64,000 nucleotides of DNA from an uncultured delta proteobacterium (lineage in GTDB: Bacteria; Desulfobacterota; Desulfuromonadia; Desulfuromonadales; BM103), in assembly GCA_963715335.1 (NCBI GenBank), contig CAVQRZ010000043.1, positions 9,657 through 73,656 on the forward strand, written 5' to 3'. How positions within the stretch are numbered: position 1 is the first letter of the stretch; every line of letters begins with the position of its first letter. The notes below the pieces were generated by a model. The model saw only the letters and a program-made list of their open reading frames with translations, searched no databases and was not told the origin of the DNA. The position numbers and the translations under genes were made by a program. Of this stretch, positions 9,861-19,393 are shown one piece after another.

Positions 9861-10826
9861 ATGATGAGCGCACTTCTCGAAGTCAAAAACCTGCGGACCT
9901 ATTTCTTTACCGGTGAGGGCCTGGTCAAGGCGATCGCCGGGATCGACTTTAAAATCGACCGCGGCGAGACACTCGCCCTGGTTGGCGAGTCAGGGTGCGG
10001 AAAATCGATGACCGCGCTGTCCCTCCTGCGCCTGGTCCCCGAACCCGGACGCATCGTTGAGGGAGATGTCAGGTTTGACAACCTGGATATTTTGCACATG
10101 CCCGAAACCGAGATTCGTCGAGTCCGAGGCAATCGCATCGGCATGATCTTCCAGGAACCTATGACCTCGCTCAACCCGGTCTTCCGCATCGGCGACCAGA
10201 TCATAGAAAGCCTGCAACTGCATCGCGGCTACGGCAAGGACAAGTCGGTGAAGATTGCTGCCGAGCTGCTGCATAGCGTCGGTATTCCTGCGGCAGGGCA
10301 AAGACTGAAAGACTACCCGCACCAACTCTCCGGCGGCATGCGCCAGCGAGTCATGATTGCTATGGCGCTGGCCTGCAATCCGCAACTGCTGATTGCCGAT
10401 GAACCAACCACCGCTCTCGACGTTACGATCCAGGCGCAGATCATGGACCTGCTCGGCAAGATCAAGGCAGAGCGCAATATGGCGACCCTGTTGATTACCC
10501 ACGATCTCGGTGTGGTTGCTGAAAATGCCGATCGGGTGGCCATCATGTACGCCGGGCTGATTCTCGAGACCGCCCCGGTCAAGGAAATCTACGCCAACCC
10601 GATCCATCCCTATACCCGTGGGCTCCTTGCCTGCATTCCGCGGGTCGGTGAACGCCGCAAGCGCCTGGTCCCGATCGAGGGGAGCGTGCCAAAGCCGGGG
10701 TCCGGTAACGAGGGATGCTCTTTCCTCGAACGTTGCGACGAATCTTTCGCCCCGTGCCGGGGAGAAGTCCCATCACTCAAAGAGGTGCAGCCCGGACACT
10801 GGGTGCGCTGCTGGCAGGTGCAATGA
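9861..10826 (+). CDS. Oligopeptide/dipeptide ABC ATP-binding subunit (OppD/DppD type)
   Basis: [28 protein letters not shown], Cys-containing C-terminus. Confidence 0.92.
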   Translation: MMSALLEVKNLRTYFFTGEGLVKAIAGIDFKIDRGETLALVGESGCGKSMTALSLLRLVPEPGRIVEGDVRFDNLDILHMPETEIRRVRGNRIGMIFQEPMTSLNPVFRIGDQIIESLQLHRGYGKDKSVKIAAELLHSVGIPAAGQRLKDYPHQLSGGMRQRVMIAMALACNPQLLIADEPTTALDVTIQAQIMDLLGKIKAERNMATLLITHDLGVVAENADRVAIMYAGLILETAPVKEIYANPIHPYTRGLLACIPRVGERRKRLVPIEGSVPKPGSGNEGCSFLERCDESFAPCRGEVPSLKEVQPGHWVRCWQVQ

Positions 10827-11827
10827 TGCCGATCCTGCTCAGCGTAGAAAACCTGCACAAGGCTTTTAGAGTCAGTGCGAATCGACCGGGCGCACCGAAG
10901 TTGCGGCTGAAAGCCGTGGACGGGATATCTTTCGAGATTGAGGCCGGCGAAACTCTCGGCCTGGTCGGCGAATCTGGTTGCGGTAAATCGACCGCCGGCA
11001 AACTGCTGTTGCGCCTGATTGAGCCTGACGAAGGCATCATACGCTTTGCCGGCAAATCTGTGACCGGCATGCCGAAACGTCAGTTGACCGCACTCCGCCG
11101 CGACATGCAGATGATTTTCCAGGACCCCTTTTCTTCACTCAACCCGCGTATGCGGGTCGGCGAGATCATCGGCGAACCGCTGATTGTGCATGACATGGTC
11201 AAGGGGCGGGACACCCGCGCCCAGGTCCTCGCCCTGATGGAGAAGGTCGGACTTTCTGCTGAACATTACGATCGTTATCCTCACGAATTCTCCGGCGGCC
11301 AGCGTCAGCGCATCGGAATTGCCCGCACCCTGGCGGTGCAACCGCGTCTGGTCGTCGCCGACGAGCCGGTTTCGGCGCTAGACCTCTCGATCCAGGCCCA
11401 GATCGTCAACCTTCTCAAGGACCTGCAAAAGGAATTCGGCCTGACCTACCTTTTCATCTCACACGATCTCGGCGTCATCGAGCATGTCTGCGACCGGGTC
11501 GCGGTCATGTACCTGGGGAGAATCGTTGAAATCGCCACTGTGGAAGACCTCTATGGTCGCCCCCGTCACCCCTATACCGAGGCCCTGCTGAACGCGGTGC
11601 CGTTTCCGGACCCGAACAGGCATCGTCAGAAGCAGGTCTTAAGTGGCGAGATCCCCTCTCCGATTGATCCGCCGACAGGTTGTCACTTCCACCCGCGCTG
11701 CCCTTATGCAAAAGATATCTGTCGGCAGGAATATCCTGCGTTCTCCGAACAGGTTCCCGGGCACACGGCAGCCTGCCATTTCAGTGCAGAGGTAGGCCGT
11801 TTTCGCACAAACGTCAACCAGACTTGA
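10823..11827 (+). CDS. Oligopeptide/dipeptide ABC ATP-binding subunit (OppF/DppF type)
   Basis: [36 protein letters not shown] overlap with upstream gene. Confidence 0.92.
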   Translation: MMPILLSVENLHKAFRVSANRPGAPKLRLKAVDGISFEIEAGETLGLVGESGCGKSTAGKLLLRLIEPDEGIIRFAGKSVTGMPKRQLTALRRDMQMIFQDPFSSLNPRMRVGEIIGEPLIVHDMVKGRDTRAQVLALMEKVGLSAEHYDRYPHEFSGGQRQRIGIARTLAVQPRLVVADEPVSALDLSIQAQIVNLLKDLQKEFGLTYLFISHDLGVIEHVCDRVAVMYLGRIVEIATVEDLYGRPRHPYTEALLNAVPFPDPNRHRQKQVLSGEIPSPIDPPTGCHFHPRCPYAKDICRQEYPAFSEQVPGHTAACHFSAEVGRFRTNVNQT

Positions 11828-11871
11828 AGCGATAGAGATTAAAGAAAGCCCTAAAGGAATGGAGAGATTGC

Positions 11872-12357
11872 ATGCCGAGTTTTGATGTTGTGTTCAAGGT
11901 AGACCTGCAGGAAGTGGACAATGCCATTAACCTGGCCCGTAAAGAGGTCAACCAGCGCTTCGATTTCAAAGGGACTCACAATGAAATAGACCTTGCGGAT
12001 GATGGTATCGTCATCCTCGCTGCCGATGACTACAAGCTGACAGCGGTCGTCGACATCCTGCGCGGCAAGCTGGCGCGCCGCAACGTTTCCCCCAGCTGTC
12101 TTGATTTCGGCAAGAAGGAGCCCGCCTCGCACGGTGCAGTCCGCCAGCGCATCAATATCCTCCAGGGGATCGACAAGGAAAAAGGCAAGCAGATCACCAA
12201 AACGATCAAGGAGAGCAAGCTCAAGGTCCAGGCCCAGATCATGGAGGACCAGTTACGGGTCAGCGGCAAGAAAATCGACGATCTGCAGGAAGTTATCCAG
12301 CTCCTCAAGGGGAAGGATTTCGGCATCGAACTGCAGTTCATCAACATGCGCAGCTAG
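11872..12357 (+). CDS. yajQ: YajQ family nucleotide/c-di-GMP-binding protein
   Basis: MPSFDVV...EVDNAIN...RFDFKG...[11 protein letters not shown]. Confidence 0.95.
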   Translation: MPSFDVVFKVDLQEVDNAINLARKEVNQRFDFKGTHNEIDLADDGIVILAADDYKLTAVVDILRGKLARRNVSPSCLDFGKKEPASHGAVRQRINILQGIDKEKGKQITKTIKESKLKVQAQIMEDQLRVSGKKIDDLQEVIQLLKGKDFGIELQFINMRS

Positions 12358-12447
12358 AGACAGAATGCTCCCGGCAAGATCAGTCACCAGCATGGGCATG
12401 GGCATGGGCGAGGCCAAGACCGATTATTCAGTCGTGGGAATTTAGCC

Positions 12448-12732
12448 GTGAAGATCTTGCGTGGCCTGATTGCTACTGTTCTGTTGTTGCTGCTGACTGC
12501 TTGCCCGAACCGGGGGCCGGAGTCAGACGCAGTGGCAGAACCCTGCACGGAGACCTGGTACCGAACTGTAGAGGCAACCGTCTCCTCCGGCGATGGCATG
12601 GGTCACGGGCCGGACGTTGGCTCCGAGGAATGGCAGTCCGTTATTGAGTTTAAACTCGGGGTGCGCGGCAACCCCGACGTCCCGGATCGAAATAGCCAGG
12701 AATGGTGCCGATTTATCAATGACTTGTTATAG
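12448..12732 (+). CDS. Small putative lipoprotein of unknown function
   Basis: Lipobox LTAC; GDGMGHGPDVGSEEW segment; two further Cys. Confidence 0.7.
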   Translation: MKILRGLIATVLLLLLTACPNRGPESDAVAEPCTETWYRTVEATVSSGDGMGHGPDVGSEEWQSVIEFKLGVRGNPDVPDRNSQEWCRFINDLL

Positions 12733-12797
12733 CAGCGATCAGCAAAGCAGTCGGGAAGGCCTCTTCCGATCATCAGGACGCGTCGAGACAACCGCCT

Positions 12798-13814
12798 TCA
12801 CTTCGAACAAAAGGCTTTGAACGCAGCAATCACAGCCGGGATATCCGCCGCATCAAAATCGTGATGTGTCACCAGCCGCAGCTGGCCATACCCCCCGGCC
12901 AGGATCCCCCTCTCCTTGAGATAGTCGAGAAGACGTGCCTGCCTTTCCGGGTTCATGGTAACGAAGACCATATTGGTCTGCACAGCATCCATGTCAACAT
13001 CAAGACCGTCGACCCCCGATAAACCCGCAGCCAGCTCCCCGGCATTGCGATGATCTTCAGCGAGACGCTCGACGTTGTTTTCCAGGGCGTGGATACCCGC
13101 AGCAGCGAGAACCCCGGCCTGTCGCATCCCGCCCCCGGCCATCTTGCGCCAGCGACGCGCACGCGCGATCAATTCGTCTGAACCGACCAGGACAGAACCA
13201 ACTGGCGCGCCGAGTCCTTTGGACAAGCAGATCGATACCGAATCGTAATATTGTGCGATTTGCGCCAGAGGAACCTGCTGACTGACCGCCGCATTGAACA
13301 CCCGCGCGCCATCGAGATGCAGCTTCAGGCCACGCTCTCTGGCAAACCTGGAGGCCTCAGCCTGATAATCAAGGGGCAACACCCTGCCGCCCCGGGTGTT
13401 TTCGAGACAGAGCAGGCGGGTCACGGCAAAATGGTCATCGATTGGCTTGATCGCTGTGGCGACCTTCGCCAGATCGAGAGATCCGTTCACCTCGAAATCG
13501 ATCGGTTGCGGTTGCACTCCGCCGAAAACCGCGGCACCACCTGCTTCGTAACGATAGCAATGGGCCTGCTGCCCGGCAATATACTCTTCACCGCGCTGAC
13601 AGTGTGACAGGATCGCCAGGAGATTCCCCTGGGTGCCACTCGGTACAAACAAGGCGGCTTCCTTACCCGCCATACCCGCAACCAGCTCCTGCAGACGGTT
13701 GACTGTCGGATCCTCACCATAGACATCATCTCCAAGTTCGGCGGCGAACATGGCCCGGCGCATGGTTTCAGTGGGTCTGGTGACTGTGTCACTGCGCAGA
13801 TCGATGATTTTCAT
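12798..13814 (-). CDS. ltaE: Low-specificity L-threonine aldolase
   Basis: [38 protein letters not shown] (PLP lysine). Confidence 0.95.
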   Translation of the reverse strand: MKIIDLRSDTVTRPTETMRRAMFAAELGDDVYGEDPTVNRLQELVAGMAGKEAALFVPSGTQGNLLAILSHCQRGEEYIAGQQAHCYRYEAGGAAVFGGVQPQPIDFEVNGSLDLAKVATAIKPIDDHFAVTRLLCLENTRGGRVLPLDYQAEASRFARERGLKLHLDGARVFNAAVSQQVPLAQIAQYYDSVSICLSKGLGAPVGSVLVGSDELIARARRWRKMAGGGMRQAGVLAAAGIHALENNVERLAEDHRNAGELAAGLSGVDGLDVDMDAVQTNMVFVTMNPERQARLLDYLKERGILAGGYGQLRLVTHHDFDAADIPAVIAAFKAFCSK

Positions 13815-13927
13815 ATTGATCACTTCTCCTGAATGGACCGGCTGACTGGTCATACCATAACATTTGAGATTCTCCAACGCTATCAAGCTGTACGGTTTAC
13901 AGCCTTGCAGCCAGCCTTCCTGATGTA

Positions 13928-13957
13928 TTGACACAATCGTGCCAGAAATGGCACAAT
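13928..13957 (+). promoter_or_regulatory. Probable sigma70 promoter of the activator gene, overlapped by operator CGTGCCA-GAAA-TGGCACA (13938-13955)
   Basis: TTGACA at 13928, weak -10 CACAAT at 13952; palindrome matches the two downstream sites. Confidence 0.6.
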
Positions 13958-13994
13958 CTTGCGTCACATCTACTCAAGACGACCCTGGAGAGCT

Positions 13995-16265
13995 ATGGGC
14001 CCGATCATTACCGTCAAGGAAAACTGTCGTAAATGCTACGCCTGCATCCGCAACTGTCCGGTCAAGGCGATCCGGGTCCACCGCAATTATGCCGAAGTCA
14101 TCAGCGACCGATGCATCGGTTGCGGCAACTGCGTCAAGAGCTGCTCGCAGAAAGCCAAGGTGATCGCCGACCATGTCGGCGAGTGCCGGAACCTTCTCGC
14201 TGGTGAGCAGCCGCCGATTGCAATACTCGGCTGTTCGCATCCGGCCTTTTTCAACGACATCCGTTCAGGCCAGCTGGTAACCGGCCTGCGTCGTCTAGGT
14301 TTTGCAGAAGTCCACGAAGGCGCCGCCGGCGTTGACCTGTTGCGCAAAAGCTACCTGAAGAGCGTTGAACGGAACAAGCCTTATCCTCTGATAACGACCC
14401 ACTGCCCGACAATCGTCGACCTGATCGAACGACACTATCCGCAACTGCTGAAGAACCTGATCGAGCTGGTTTCGCCGATGGTGGCGATTGGCCGTTTCAT
14501 CAAAAGCCGCACCAGCAAGGACACGCCGGTCGTCTATATCAGCTCCTGCATCGCCGGCAAGTTCGAGATTACCGCAGAGCAGACCGAAGGGGCGATTGAC
14601 TGTGTCATTTCCTACCAGGAGCTCAGCCAGATGTTCAAGTACCGCAACCTTGACCTCAAGCGCCTCGGCGAAACGGCTTTTGACGGCATGGAACCCAAGC
14701 GTGGCAGACTCTTCGCAATTTCCGGGGGACCATTCAAATCCTTCGGCATCGCCAGCGAAATTACCAACAAGGACTACGTCGAGACCGAGGGAGAAGAGAA
14801 CGCTCTGGAAGTCATTAAGGATCTCGCTGCCGGCCGAATTTCACCAAAGGTGGCGGATATTCGCTTCTGCAACGGCGGCTGCATCGGCGGTCCGGGCAAA
14901 AACAACCGCCTGACCACATTTTCCAAACGCAACCTGATCATTGACCAGCACCTTAACCAGAACCTTTATTATCGCACCAAGTCTACATACATCGCAGACA
15001 TACCCTTGCCGGACTTCACCAGGACCTTCGCCAACAAGCATGAGCGGCCCAAAACTCCCAGCAGCGAACGATTGCGCCAGATCCTGCAGGCGACCGACAA
15101 GTATGAAACCAAGGACGAGCTGAATTGCGGTGCCTGCGGATATACCACTTGTCGTGAACACGCTGTCGCTGTCTACCGGGAATTGGCCGAGGGAGACATG
15201 TGCCTCCCTTACTCTTTGAAGCGCCTGGAAGAAGACCACATCAAGCTTACCCAGAAATATGAACTTGCCCAGCATGCCCTGAAACAGGAATTCGGTGAAA
15301 CCGCTATAATCGGCCACGACCCCCGTACCCGGGAGGTCATCAAACTGATTCATCAGGTTGGTCCGACACCGACCACGGTCCTGATCCGTGGCGAGAGCGG
15401 AACCGGCAAGGAACTCACGGCCCGGGCCATCCATGCCCAAAGTCAGAGAGCCGACAAGCCCCTGGTTTCAATAAACTGCACGACCCTGACTGACAGTATT
15501 CTGGAAAGTGAACTGTTCGGTCACAAGAAAGGTTCTTTCACTGGCGCGGTCAATGACAAACGCGGCCTCTTCGAAGCAGCTGACGGCGGAACGATTTTCC
15601 TCGATGAAGTTGGCGATATCACCTCCAAACTTCAGGTGGAACTCCTGCGCGTCCTCGACAGCGGTGAAATCCGCCCGGTCGGCGGAAATGCGTCGACCAA
15701 GGTTGACGTCCGCCTGATTGCAGCAACCAACCGCAACCTCGAGCAGGGCGTCGCTGAAGGTTGGTTTCGCGAGGATCTCTTTTACCGTCTGAACGTCTTT
15801 ACCATTACCATGCCGCCACTGAGGAATCGACTCGAGTCACTCGATGGGCTACTCCAGGCATTCATTGCCAAAGCGAGCACCCGGGTCAACAAGACCCTGT
15901 TTGGCATTGAAGACCGGGCGATTCAGGCCATGCGCCAATATCACTGGCCTGGCAACATCCGTGAACTGCAGAACATCATCGAACGTGCTGCTGTCCTGAC
16001 CCGCGATGAGATCATCCGGCTGGAAAACCTGCCGGTTATTTTTGGCGAACTGGTTCTGCAGGCCCCGGGCGACAAGAGCAACGGCACCCTGCGGACACAG
16101 CGCCAAAAGCATCTGAACCAGGTTGAAAAAAACCTCATGACCCGCTACCTGCGCGAAGCTGAAGGCAATATTTCGGCGGCAGCGCGACTGGCTGGAATTC
16201 CCCGTCGCACCTTTTACCGCATGCTTAATCGCAATGGTCTCAATGGAACCGATTTCAAGGCCTGA
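13995..16265 (+). CDS. Sigma54 enhancer-binding protein with 2x[4Fe-4S] ferredoxin, [FeFe]-hydrogenase-like and FeS sensory domains
   Basis: Two CxxCxxCxxxC motifs; TTHCP, SSCIAGKFE, CNGGCIGGPG; NCGACGYTTC..MC; GESGTGKE, GSFTGA, FLDEV, WPGNIRELQN; C-terminal Fis-type HTH; GGAG RBS. Confidence 0.92.
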   Translation: MGPIITVKENCRKCYACIRNCPVKAIRVHRNYAEVISDRCIGCGNCVKSCSQKAKVIADHVGECRNLLAGEQPPIAILGCSHPAFFNDIRSGQLVTGLRRLGFAEVHEGAAGVDLLRKSYLKSVERNKPYPLITTHCPTIVDLIERHYPQLLKNLIELVSPMVAIGRFIKSRTSKDTPVVYISSCIAGKFEITAEQTEGAIDCVISYQELSQMFKYRNLDLKRLGETAFDGMEPKRGRLFAISGGPFKSFGIASEITNKDYVETEGEENALEVIKDLAAGRISPKVADIRFCNGGCIGGPGKNNRLTTFSKRNLIIDQHLNQNLYYRTKSTYIADIPLPDFTRTFANKHERPKTPSSERLRQILQATDKYETKDELNCGACGYTTCREHAVAVYRELAEGDMCLPYSLKRLEEDHIKLTQKYELAQHALKQEFGETAIIGHDPRTREVIKLIHQVGPTPTTVLIRGESGTGKELTARAIHAQSQRADKPLVSINCTTLTDSILESELFGHKKGSFTGAVNDKRGLFEAADGGTIFLDEVGDITSKLQVELLRVLDSGEIRPVGGNASTKVDVRLIAATNRNLEQGVAEGWFREDLFYRLNVFTITMPPLRNRLESLDGLLQAFIAKASTRVNKTLFGIEDRAIQAMRQYHWPGNIRELQNIIERAAVLTRDEIIRLENLPVIFGELVLQAPGDKSNGTLRTQRQKHLNQVEKNLMTRYLREAEGNISAAARLAGIPRRTFYRMLNRNGLNGTDFKA

Positions 16266-16315
16266 CACAAAAGTGAGACAGCTCTAAGACAAAAATTGTC
16301 ATATATTAACCATGT

Positions 16316-16399
16316 TGTGCCATTTATGGCGCAGCTATATCGCCCATCAATACAGCGTTTTCCCCGCACGACTCAATATGATGCGCCATAAATGGCACA
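16316..16399. promoter_or_regulatory. Pair of 18-bp putative enhancer sites in exact inverted orientation
   Basis: TGTGCCATTTATGGCGCA (16316-16333) and its exact reverse complement TGCGCCATAAATGGCACA (16382-16399). Confidence 0.8.
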
Positions 16400-16486
16400 C
16401 TTCAGGCCAAGTGGTCGCAACAGCCCCAACCACCTAAAACCGCGCCAAATCAGCTTTTCACGAGAAAGACAGCGAAACCGTAGCTC

Positions 16487-16502
16487 TGGCACGATAATTG
16501 CT
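16487..16502 (+). promoter_or_regulatory. Sigma54 -24/-12 promoter
   Basis: TGGCAC-GATAA-TTGCT, consensus sequence and spacing. Confidence 0.88.
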
Positions 16503-16512
16503 CAGAAACTTG

Positions 16513-16607
16513 AGTAACTGTCTAGGGACAATAGTTTCCATTCTAAGGATTCCTGCTCCCTTTTTTGCGCCGCCACGGAACCTCTCTCCTCCGGGCGGCG
16601 TTTTTTT
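16513..16607 (+). ncRNA. Candidate sigma54-dependent small RNA, about 95 nt
   Basis: Lies between the sigma54 promoter and an intrinsic terminator; no ATG/GTG-started ORF; C/U-rich single-stranded tracts. Confidence 0.65.
16568..16607 (+). terminator. Intrinsic terminator with C/U-rich loop
   Basis: CGCCGCC-A-CGGA [ACCTCTCTCC] TCCG-GGCGGCG then T7. Confidence 0.85.
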
Positions 16608-16718
16608 ATCTGCCATTTTAGCCATCAGCGCGCATGGATTGATTTTTAGTTCGCCAAAAAGACTGTCGTCCGCTATCATATTAAAAACTGTCAACCACCT
16701 CTTTTTCCAAACAACTTC

Positions 16719-19064
16719 ATGCCAAGTACGCAGAGTCCAAAAATAGGCATAACAACCCTTGAAGACATCAGTGCGCTGATTCTCCAGTCACATGATCTCG
16801 ACGAGACTCTACGCAATATCGTGACACTCGTTGCGCGGCGCATGCGCACGGACGTCTGCTCGATTTATTTGCTGGACACAGACAACGTGACCCTGCGTCT
16901 GCAGGCATCCAAAGGCCTGTCTCGCAAAGCAGTGGGCAAAGTCACGCTACGCATCGGTGAAGGTCTCACCGGCATGGCGGCCCAAAAACGGCACGCCATC
17001 GCCATCGAAGAGCCGCAAGAACATCCAAGCTACCGATATTTCAAAGAAACCGGTGAAGAGCGCTTCCACTCGTTCCTGGGAATCCCACTTTTCGACCGTA
17101 ACAATCCGCTTGGCGTGATCGTTCTGCAAACCAAGGAACCACGCCAATTCAACAAGGAAGAGATCAGCGCCCTGGCGACGATTGCCTTCCAGGTCTCGTC
17201 GATTGTTGTCAATGCACGCCTGCTCGACTCGATTCGGCAACATCAGGAAGAGAACCTGCGCGCCAGCGAAGCTCTGGTCAAGGCCCAGCAGTCGATGTCG
17301 GACTCTGATCGCTTGGCAGATGACTCGACAGGAAACATTCTCTCGGGCAGGATAGCCTACCCCGGGGTCGTCATAGGCCCGGCGGCCATCCTCGAAGAAA
17401 GGTTCGGTTTTGCCGACATCCTGGACGAAGAGGGAGTAGATATCCAGGCCGAGTTGCAAAGTCTCGAAAGCGCTCTGGAGAAGACCTGTATTCAAACTAT
17501 TTTCCTCGAGAAACGCGTCGCGGAGCGTCTGAGCGAAAGCGATGCGGCAATCTTCCACACCCATCTGATGATTCTTGAGGATCGCAGTTTCATCGCAAAG
17601 CTGCAGGATAAAATCAAAGACGGGCACAGTGCTGCATACGCCCTGGAAAAAACCGTCGCCAATTACCTCGAAGCCTTTGCGAAGATGGACGACCCCTATC
17701 TTCGGGAACGTGCAGCCGACATGGAAGACATCGGCCGACGTATCTTGGCCAACCTGATCGGCGATGGCTCGGAGCATACCCTGCACCTGAAACATCCCAG
17801 TGTGCTGGTCGCCAGGAAGATCCTTCCTTCTGACATGGCCTCGCTCGATAATGATCAGATCCTCGGCATCATTACCGAAGACTGTGAAACCAACTCACAT
17901 GCCGTGATCATGGCGAAAGCGATGGGCATCCCGGCAATCGTCGGTGCCCGCGGGGCGGTGAGACAAATTGCGCCGGAAGACGACCTGATCGTGGATGCCA
18001 ACTCGGGGCGTATTTACATTAAACCGATGGAGGCGATCAGAGAAGAATTCCAGAGGCTCCTTGCGGATCAAACGCGCGAACTGTGCCGTCTTGAGCAGTA
18101 CCGCGATCAGCCTGCTGAGACCTCTGATGGCGAAAGGGTCACTTTACGCGCCAACATCGGCCTGATCAGTGACATCGTTATTGCAAAACGTTTTGGCGCC
18201 GAAGGCGTAGGCCTCTATCGAACCGAATTCCCCTACATGGCCCGGGGCGATTTTCCAGACCGGAACGATCAGTACGAACTGTACAGCAAAGTCGTCAGGG
18301 AATTCGAGGGCCAGCCTGTGACAATTCGGACCCTCGATATTGGTGGCGACAAGGGGCTCCCCTACTTTAGTCCACCGAAGGAAGATAACCCGTTTATGGG
18401 CTGGCGTTCCGTGCGCGTCTCTCTGGACAACCGGGACATTTTCCGTACCCAAATAGAGTCAATTCTCATGGCCGGTTGCCACGGCCCGGTCAAGCTGCTC
18501 TTCCCCATGATCTCGAGCCTGGAAGAAACCCGAGCCTGTCTTGAAGTCGTTGAGGAAGCCCGGGCCAATCTCAAAAAGGACGGGTTGGACTGCCCAGGCA
18601 AAATCCCCGTCGGCGTCATGATTGAAGTGCCTGCCGCAGTAAGACTGGTCCCGCAACTTGCCAACGAAGTTGACTTTTTCGCCCTGGGCACCAACGACCT
18701 GATCCAATACCTGCTCGCCGCCGACCGCAACAACCCTCTGGTCAGCAAATACTACGATCCACTGCATCCTGCCGTCCTCCATGTCATCCATGAAGTCACC
18801 AGCACCGCATTGTCGAGGGGCAAGGGCGTAAGTCTTTGTGGAGAAATGGCAACCGACCCCATGACCCTGTTGCTTTTGCTCGGCATGGGCCTGAGAGAAT
18901 TCTCCATGCCAGCGCCCTTCATCCCGCGGATCAAGGCTTTTCTGAAAAGCGTCTCCCTGGAAATGGCTTGCCAACGCTACGCGGAAATCAGCACCATGGA
19001 CAGCAGCACGCAGATTCGTCAGCATCTGGCCGAGGTGTTGAAGGATGTTAATCTAGGGGACTAG
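16719..19064 (+). CDS. ptsP: GAF-containing PEP-protein phosphotransferase (EI-Ntr)
   Basis: N-terminal GAF (GEGLTG, FHSFLGIP); NSHAVI phospho-His; GLYRTEF, RTLDIGGDK, GTNDLIQY, CGEMA. Confidence 0.95.
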   Translation: MPSTQSPKIGITTLEDISALILQSHDLDETLRNIVTLVARRMRTDVCSIYLLDTDNVTLRLQASKGLSRKAVGKVTLRIGEGLTGMAAQKRHAIAIEEPQEHPSYRYFKETGEERFHSFLGIPLFDRNNPLGVIVLQTKEPRQFNKEEISALATIAFQVSSIVVNARLLDSIRQHQEENLRASEALVKAQQSMSDSDRLADDSTGNILSGRIAYPGVVIGPAAILEERFGFADILDEEGVDIQAELQSLESALEKTCIQTIFLEKRVAERLSESDAAIFHTHLMILEDRSFIAKLQDKIKDGHSAAYALEKTVANYLEAFAKMDDPYLRERAADMEDIGRRILANLIGDGSEHTLHLKHPSVLVARKILPSDMASLDNDQILGIITEDCETNSHAVIMAKAMGIPAIVGARGAVRQIAPEDDLIVDANSGRIYIKPMEAIREEFQRLLADQTRELCRLEQYRDQPAETSDGERVTLRANIGLISDIVIAKRFGAEGVGLYRTEFPYMARGDFPDRNDQYELYSKVVREFEGQPVTIRTLDIGGDKGLPYFSPPKEDNPFMGWRSVRVSLDNRDIFRTQIESILMAGCHGPVKLLFPMISSLEETRACLEVVEEARANLKKDGLDCPGKIPVGVMIEVPAAVRLVPQLANEVDFFALGTNDLIQYLLAADRNNPLVSKYYDPLHPAVLHVIHEVTSTALSRGKGVSLCGEMATDPMTLLLLLGMGLREFSMPAPFIPRIKAFLKSVSLEMACQRYAEISTMDSSTQIRQHLAEVLKDVNLGD

Positions 19065-19393
19065 GCAGAGCTTTTCCAGAACAGCAGAGTTCCGACGATC
19101 CACCCCGAAATGACAACGCACACACCACGTAACAAATAATTACGTGAATATCATCTGTTCGCTGCATGTTTTTCTCTTCTAGACTTCGGTATTTTGTGGC
19201 GCTTTCGGGTGGGCTGGTAGACCAGGAAGGTACAAAGGATATTGCCTGATCTTCAGAAAACGTCGAACACTATAAATCCTACGGACATGTAAGCCTCCCC
19301 CTGTGTCAGGATAGTTGTCTATGATGACTGTTCATCGTGACTTATAGGAAAGACTTCCTCTACCTGCATTTGCTTTCAAGTAAATGCGCTGCT

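Noticed and set aside
12391..12408. (CATGGG)x3
   Set aside because: Too short and isolated to interpret
13949..13962. TGGCAC-AATC-TTGC as a sigma54 promoter for the activator
   Set aside because: Spacer is 4 bp rather than the required 5; better explained as an operator half-site
16458..16746. ORFs 16498..16746 (+) and 16458..16694 (-) as an hgtR-like small protein
   Set aside because: The plus ORF starts inside the -12 element and crosses the terminator; neither has an RBS or a recognisable domain
19126..19146. dif/Xer site
   Set aside because: Central spacer is 7 bp rather than 6 and the XerD arm is a poor match
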